From assembly GCA_944392275.1 (NCBI GenBank), contig CALXWA010000004.1, positions 93,408 to 157,407 of the forward strand: a DNA stretch of 64,000 nucleotides, in the 5' to 3' direction. How positions within the stretch are numbered: the first letter of the stretch is position 1; each line of letters begins with the position of its first letter. A program made the translations under genes and the position numbers. Below are positions 59,408-64,000 of this stretch, one piece after another. The DNA is from an uncultured Alphaproteobacteria bacterium (GTDB lineage: Bacteria; Pseudomonadota; Alphaproteobacteria; RF32; CAG-239). The notes under the pieces are model-generated. The model saw nothing but the letters and a program-made list of their open reading frames with translations, was not told where the DNA came from and made no database searches.

Positions 59408-60004
59408 TTATAGCATAACCCTCTGTGGTCGGGTAAATTTTACGACTTCTGCTTCTTCCTGATTTATAATAAGCTTCTTTTCTTTTATATCATATCCTAA
59501 TGGAGCCGGACCACCGGTCCACATTCCTTTTTTCTTACTAGCCGCAATTTTATCACGTACGCGCTCAGCTCCAAGTTCACGCTCAAATTGTGCAAATGAC
59601 AACAGGATGTTTAATGTTAGCTTGCCCATGGAATCGCAAGTATTAAAATGCTGTGTGACAGATACAAAAGAGCAATTATTCTTTTCAAAGGTCTGTACTA
59701 ACTGTGCAAAATCAAGAAGTGAACGTGTTAAACGGTCTATCTTATAGACAACGATCATGTCCACTTTGCCTTTCTCAACGTCTGCCATCAATCTTTTTAA
59801 TGCAGGTCTTTTAAGGTTACCACCGCTAAAGCCTCCATCATCATAATGATCGGGCAGAATCACCCAACCTTGATGCTTCATACTCATTACGAAGTTTTCC
59901 CCGGCCTCACGTTGGGCTTCAAGTGTGTTGAATTCTTTTTCAAGACCTTCATCAGTTGATTTGCGGGTATAAATTGCGCATCGTATTTGTTTTTGCTCTT
60001 CCAT
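59408..60004 (-). pseudogene. large serine recombinase, truncated after the catalytic domain
   Basis: Motifs CAIYTRKSTDEG, VYKIDRLTRS and GGPAPLGYDIKEKKLIINQEEAEVV are typical of the N-terminal third of large serine integrases. The ORF stops at 198 aa, and no recombinase or zinc-ribbon domain follows. Confidence 0.55.
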
Positions 60005-60015
60005 GGTTTATTCCT

Positions 60016-60414
60016 TTATTTATCTAATCCAAAAAAGTAACGTCCAGAGATTTTTCGACCGGTAATTTTTTTTGCCACCGCTGACAGGCTGGAATACTTC
60101 ATACCGTTATATTCAAAGCCATCTTTCATAACTGTAACAACGTTTTCAACTCCCAAATACTCCCTAACAATTCTTGTGCCGGCAGGTGGTAGGTTATTTC
60201 TATCCTCTGGTGGTACGTACATGTTCGCTATCAACTTCTGCTGATTTGCACTTAAACCACCATAGGCAAGTTCCTGTATGCGGTGTGCAATCCTGGAAAT
60301 GTAGAACTCCTTATTATAAGTAGTAGGGGGAGCATCAAAGTATTTTTTCCATATTTCTTGCAGTTCTGATATTGAGCGTCTTTCTAAAAGTGCTATTTGC
60401 ATTGATACTTGCAT
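60016..60414 (-). CDS. DUF2924-domain protein (usual partner of large serine recombinases)
   Basis: Motifs LQEIWKKYFDAPP, RIAHRIQELAYGGL, GTRIVREYLG and YSSLSAVAKKITGRKISGRYFFGL. Confidence 0.7.
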   Translation of the reverse strand: MQVSMQIALLERRSISELQEIWKKYFDAPPTTYNKEFYISRIAHRIQELAYGGLSANQQKLIANMYVPPEDRNNLPPAGTRIVREYLGVENVVTVMKDGFEYNGMKYSSLSAVAKKITGRKISGRYFFGLDK

Positions 60415-60585
60415 TGAGAGCCTCCATCTTCTTCAAACTCTTGTTCTTGATCACGTTCACAATACATGCTTGGAAACAAAATATTATCCAGTCTTTTCTG
60501 CGCAATAATGCCACTTTTTTTCATCTTTAAATAACGGAGTAAATCCGGCATTATAATTTTAATTATTTTTTCAGCTTGGGTCATT
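60393..60585 (-). CDS. small hypothetical protein (64 aa)
   Basis: ATG at 60585 is preceded by GGAGG. I recognised no family. Confidence 0.4.
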
Positions 60586-60985
60586 TGGACCTCCTTTCGA
60601 AAGGTAAATTCCCAAAAATCGAAAAACGGTCTCAAAAAAATTAAAAAAAATAACGTGGTCGGTATATCTATTTGATTTTTAATGATAAAATATACTTGGC
60701 TGGTATTCCCTGTGTGAGTGTGGTCATTGGATGTGAACTAATGCAGGTATACCTAAATATGTAAATTAAGTAAATTCAATTAAAATAGGACTACGTGGGC
60801 AAAATTAAACCGCCAAGTAGTCGGTGTATGCTTATTCTAAAAAGGTATACTTCCGGTCTTATATTTAATGCATTGACAACGTAGTATAAGAAAATTTTGA
60901 AAGAGGCAATAGTGGCTAGAACTGGGCTACAAAAGGGTATAAAAAAAGCGGACACTTTTCAGTATCCGTTTTTAATTTTTTTCAT

Positions 60986-61062
60986 TGGTCGGATTGACTG
61001 GACTCGAACCAGCGACCTCTTCGTCCCGAACGAAGCGTTCTACCAGGCTGAACTACAATCCG
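60986..61062 (-). tRNA. tRNA-Pro (anticodon CGG)
   Basis: Folded by hand into a 77-nt cloverleaf: acceptor CGGATTG/CAATCCG, D stem GTTC/GAAC, anticodon stem CTTCG/CGAAG with loop TTCGGGA, T arm GCTGG-TTCGAGT-CCAGT, and an encoded CCA. Confidence 0.9.
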
Positions 61063-61365
61063 TTAACGTTGCACAAAATAACACAATATTTTAAATACTC
61101 AATAGAAAAATGTAAATTTTATGATTTTTTTTTATTTTTATTTCAAAATTGAGCTTTTTCAATAAGATAAAAAAATGCATATTTTCAAGAATTATAAGTT
61201 CAAAACAATTGAAATAGCGGCCAAAACAATAAAAACAAAAGCTCTCATAGATTTTTTCTCTCCCAAACATAATCATTTACCCGCAAAATAAAATTTCATC
61301 CGATAAGTAATTGCGGCTTAACAATATTTTGTGTATAATAAAAAAATGAAAAAAAGATTTACAAA

Positions 61366-61878
61366 ATGGGGAGAAATGCCATGATACGGACAGAAAGAAA
61401 CTCAATTCGATTCTATTACAGCCGCAAAAAAATGTTTCTTTATCTGCTCTTTAACTTGTGGCTCTTGCTTATGGCAACTCTTTTTACCATCAGTATATTT
61501 CCAGAATATCCGATGGTATATCGTTTTTCCCTATTTTTTTGCTTGGCTGCAGTTATTGCTACCGTAACCGTTTTATTACTCAATCAACCCGTTGCTGAAA
61601 TAGATGCCGCCGGAATTCGTATTGACCGTTGTGCCAAATTATTTTGGAAAGATGTTGTTTTTGCCGATATTCACAAGATCAAATCTCTCTGCGGTACAAA
61701 GAAAATCATAACCTTCAAGATTAAAAACCTATCCAAATATAAACTTAATTTTATGCAAAAGCTAAACAAAAATTCTCAATTCACGGCCTTTTCCATTCCG
61801 CTATATGCAATGGACCAAGAGGAAAGAAAAGCAATTGCAATGGCCATTTACCAGTGCCTAAACGCCAAACCTTTATAA
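61366..61878 (+). CDS. hypothetical membrane protein (two TM helices plus a soluble C-terminal domain)
   Basis: Hydrophobic stretches LYLLFNLWLLLMATLFTISIF and FSLFFCLAAVIATVTVLLL. I recognised no family. Confidence 0.5.
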   Translation: MGRNAMIRTERNSIRFYYSRKKMFLYLLFNLWLLLMATLFTISIFPEYPMVYRFSLFFCLAAVIATVTVLLLNQPVAEIDAAGIRIDRCAKLFWKDVVFADIHKIKSLCGTKKIITFKIKNLSKYKLNFMQKLNKNSQFTAFSIPLYAMDQEERKAIAMAIYQCLNAKPL

Positions 61879-61883
61879 GAATT

Positions 61884-62663
61884 TTAGCGATTCAATAAAT
61901 CCACAGCGGAAGACAAGCGTTTTTCGGCTAAGTTGCAGTATTCCTTATCAACATCAATACCGACAAAACATCTTTTCAAATTCAAAGCGGCAACGCCGGT
62001 CGTCCCGCTTCCCATAAACGGATCCAAAATTAAATCCCCTTCTTTGGTAGAAGCCGTAATAATCCTTTCCAATAAAGCCAACGGCTTTTGCGTAGGGTGC
62101 CGCCCAAAAACTTTTTCATTAGACGGCGTTGTCGGAATAGCCCAAACCGTCCGCATTTGGAGATGAGGCTTTTTAATAAAATCTTTGGGAAAATTGCCGT
62201 TTTTCATGGCATCATAATTAAAATAATGTTTGCCTTTTTTATCCCTCTTCGCCCAAATCAAATTTTCATGACTGGCCGTAAAATATTTGCAAGACAAATT
62301 TGGAGTTGCATTGGGCTTAAACCATGCCACTTCATTCAGAATATGATAATTCAACAACATCATGGCATACCCACAGGCATGAATGTTATGATACGTTCCC
62401 GAGACCCAAATGGTTCCGTTTGGCTTTAACAAACGCCGACACATTTCCAACCATTTTTTATGGAACTCAAAATCCTCGGCAATTCCCTGACTCTTATCCC
62501 ATTTTCCTTTATTAATGGAAACCAATTTACCATTAAAACAAGTGCGTCCGCCGTTTGATAACATATAGGGAGGATCCGCAAAAATCATATCAAAAGAAGC
62601 TTCCGGCAACTTGGCCAAAACCTCAAAACAATCCCCGTTATATATTTTATACTTTTCATCCAT
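61884..62663 (-). CDS. orphan beta-class DNA methyltransferase, CcrM/HinfI-like but lacking the CcrM C-terminal domain
   Basis: Motifs FADPPYML, SHENLIWAKR, HPTQKP and DPFMGSGTTG. It is colinear with the ccrM product in this window. Confidence 0.85.
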   Translation of the reverse strand: MDEKYKIYNGDCFEVLAKLPEASFDMIFADPPYMLSNGGRTCFNGKLVSINKGKWDKSQGIAEDFEFHKKWLEMCRRLLKPNGTIWVSGTYHNIHACGYAMMLLNYHILNEVAWFKPNATPNLSCKYFTASHENLIWAKRDKKGKHYFNYDAMKNGNFPKDFIKKPHLQMRTVWAIPTTPSNEKVFGRHPTQKPLALLERIITASTKEGDLILDPFMGSGTTGVAALNLKRCFVGIDVDKEYCNLAEKRLSSAVDLLNR

Positions 62664-62735
62664 TTCTAAAATTCCGTTATCTTACAAACGACCACACTTT
62701 TTTGTTTTATTAAATTCATCCGGCTTTGACAAGAA

Positions 62736-63608
62736 CTAAAGTACAGCTTGCTCTTTTTTTTCAGAACAGGCCAAAAAATTTTTAATTTTATCAAGGTTTG
62801 CTAAAGCATCTTCTCGCCCTAACTCATACATTTCTTTGACGCGTTCCAGATTGCTTTCCATTTTGCCAATCTTAACCAAACGACTGGGACGAAGGACTAG
62901 CGTTGTCTTTTTTTTCTCTTCTTGATTAACATAATCCAGCTCTTGATTATACATAAGATGCCGATTTTTAACGGCCGCAACAAATTGCGGATATCGGTGA
63001 TAAATAAGACGATACGGCCAAAGACAAGGAATTGGCTTTTTTTGATACCCCTTCGGCCGGGTTAAAACAACAATATTTTTTTCATACCCTAAATTTTGCA
63101 TCGCTTTAAGCGGAATACTGTCCGTAATTCCCCCGTCTAAATATTTTTTTCCACCAACGGATACAATTTTTGAAACCAAGGGTAAAGAGGCCGAAGCCCT
63201 TAAATAATCAATCTCCTTCATTAAATCATGACATAAAATATATTCGGCACATCCGCTTTGCAGATTAGAACAAGTCACAAAAAACTGTGTCGGTACCTTC
63301 ATAAAAGTTTTATTGTCAAATGGATCTAATTTTTCAGGAAGTTCATGATAACAAAAATCAACATCAACAATATTTCCGCTCAAAAACCAAGAACGAAAAC
63401 TCATAAAACGATAATCATTTCCATACTTCAAATTATAGCGAATGCTTCTTCCAATTTGCTTGGCAACATATGAACAACCGTGAATAGCTCCGGCCGAAAC
63501 ACCGATGACACCATCCGTAACAATCCCGTTTTCTAACAAAACATCCAAGACACCGGCGGTGTAAATTCCCCTTTTAGCACCGCCTTCCAAAACCAATCCG
63601 GTTTTCAT
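62736..63608 (-). CDS. patatin-like phospholipase
   Basis: Motifs GGAKRGIYTAGVL, GVSAGA (nucleophile) and DGG. Confidence 0.88.
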   Translation of the reverse strand: MKTGLVLEGGAKRGIYTAGVLDVLLENGIVTDGVIGVSAGAIHGCSYVAKQIGRSIRYNLKYGNDYRFMSFRSWFLSGNIVDVDFCYHELPEKLDPFDNKTFMKVPTQFFVTCSNLQSGCAEYILCHDLMKEIDYLRASASLPLVSKIVSVGGKKYLDGGITDSIPLKAMQNLGYEKNIVVLTRPKGYQKKPIPCLWPYRLIYHRYPQFVAAVKNRHLMYNQELDYVNQEEKKKTTLVLRPSRLVKIGKMESNLERVKEMYELGREDALANLDKIKNFLACSEKKEQAVL

Positions 63609-63676
63609 CTTTCCTCCTATTATAAATTATACCAACTATAGAAAAGATAAAAACACCTGTCAACCAAACGAAAAAT

Positions 63677-64000
63677 TTATACCGTCTTTCTTCCAACCAA
63701 GACTGCAAAAGAGGCACGCAACAAATTAATTGCCCATTTCAAGATAATACACCCCCCAATCACACCAATAAGCGGATCCAAGAACACCCATCCGTAATAT
63801 TTACCTAATACCAAAGCCACGATAGCCATTATAGAGGTCAACGCATCCGCCAAAATATGCAAATAGGCCGCCTTAAAATTCAAATTTTCATGAGCCTCGT
63901 GCTCATGATGATCTTCTCCCAGATGGAAATGGGAATGCCCTTTTCCATCCGACATAATCCAAACACAAATCAAATTAACAATCAACCCAATCACCGTAAC
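63677..64000 (-). CDS. cation diffusion facilitator (CDF) transporter, 5' part beyond the window
   Basis: His-rich loop HSHFHLGEDHHEHEAHE, and TM5 motif HILADALTS. The ORF stops shortly after TM6. Confidence 0.7.
   Translation of the reverse strand, partial: VTVIGLIVNLICVWIMSDGKGHSHFHLGEDHHEHEAHENLNFKAAYLHILADALTSIMAIVALVLGKYYGWVFLDPLIGVIGGCIILKWAINLLRASFAVLVGRKTV

Larger units (their letters stand above)
43285..60985. mobile_element. putative genomic island integrated at the 3' end of tRNA-Pro
   Basis: Bounded by tRNA-Pro and a repeat of its 3' end (TGGTCGG at 43286-43292 and 60986-60992). The recombinase module is at the tRNA-proximal end. The cargo has strongly deviating composition. Confidence 0.5.

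Noticed and set aside
60897-61276. ORFs 60897-61094 (+) and 61091-61276 (-) around the tRNA.
   Set aside because: The first runs straight through tRNA-Pro. The second lies in extremely AT-rich spacer with an Ile/Phe/Lys-only composition. Neither has a convincing start context.

Overview
This 64 kb segment has mixed, mostly low-to-medium GC. It reads as a flagellated alphaproteobacterium: CcrM, HdaA, a CckA-like hybrid kinase, a long-linker FtsZ and a GAAC-N7-GAAC SOS box are all present. I support about 60 protein genes and one tRNA. I saw no rRNA, CRISPR array or transposase.

Core part (1-43.2 kb):
- pgm, a GH114-like secreted protein, fliQ-fliR-flhB, a hybrid histidine kinase and hdaA.
- A reduced dcw cluster on the minus strand: mraY-ftsW-murG-murB-ftsQ-ftsA-ftsZ.
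- An AI-2E transporter, ndk, pta-ackA, fliE-flgC-flgB, rRNA methyltransferases and two tandem Ppx/GppA genes.
- ccrM, rnhB, an LD-carboxypeptidase and an SOS-boxed umuD'-like/umuC pair.
- A peroxiredoxin, ion transporters, a flavin reductase-rubredoxin fusion, a Pif1/WYL helicase and a Pmp-repeat autotransporter.

Accessory part (about 43.3-61.0 kb): a putative genomic island next to tRNA-Pro(CGG). It carries an orphan Y-family polymerase and a 10-gene surface-glycan operon. The operon has GT2, UXS, Ugd and GalE, three GT8-type proteins, a methyltransferase/coiled-coil fusion, an MsbA-like ABC exporter and an unknown protein. The island also holds a small serine invertase, a decayed DUF2924/large-serine-recombinase module and a phage-like remnant.

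Most interesting observations:
1. A perfect 16-bp inverted repeat brackets a 109-bp segment between the invertase and the glycan operon. This is a candidate invertible promoter.
2. A genetically pre-truncated UmuD'-like protein lacks the Ser/Lys dyad.
3. An 851-aa GT8 / tandem-repeat / DUF115-like fusion protein.
4. The composition of the glycan operon is strongly mosaic.

All functional calls come from recognising motifs by eye in the supplied translations and DNA. No database search or computation was run.
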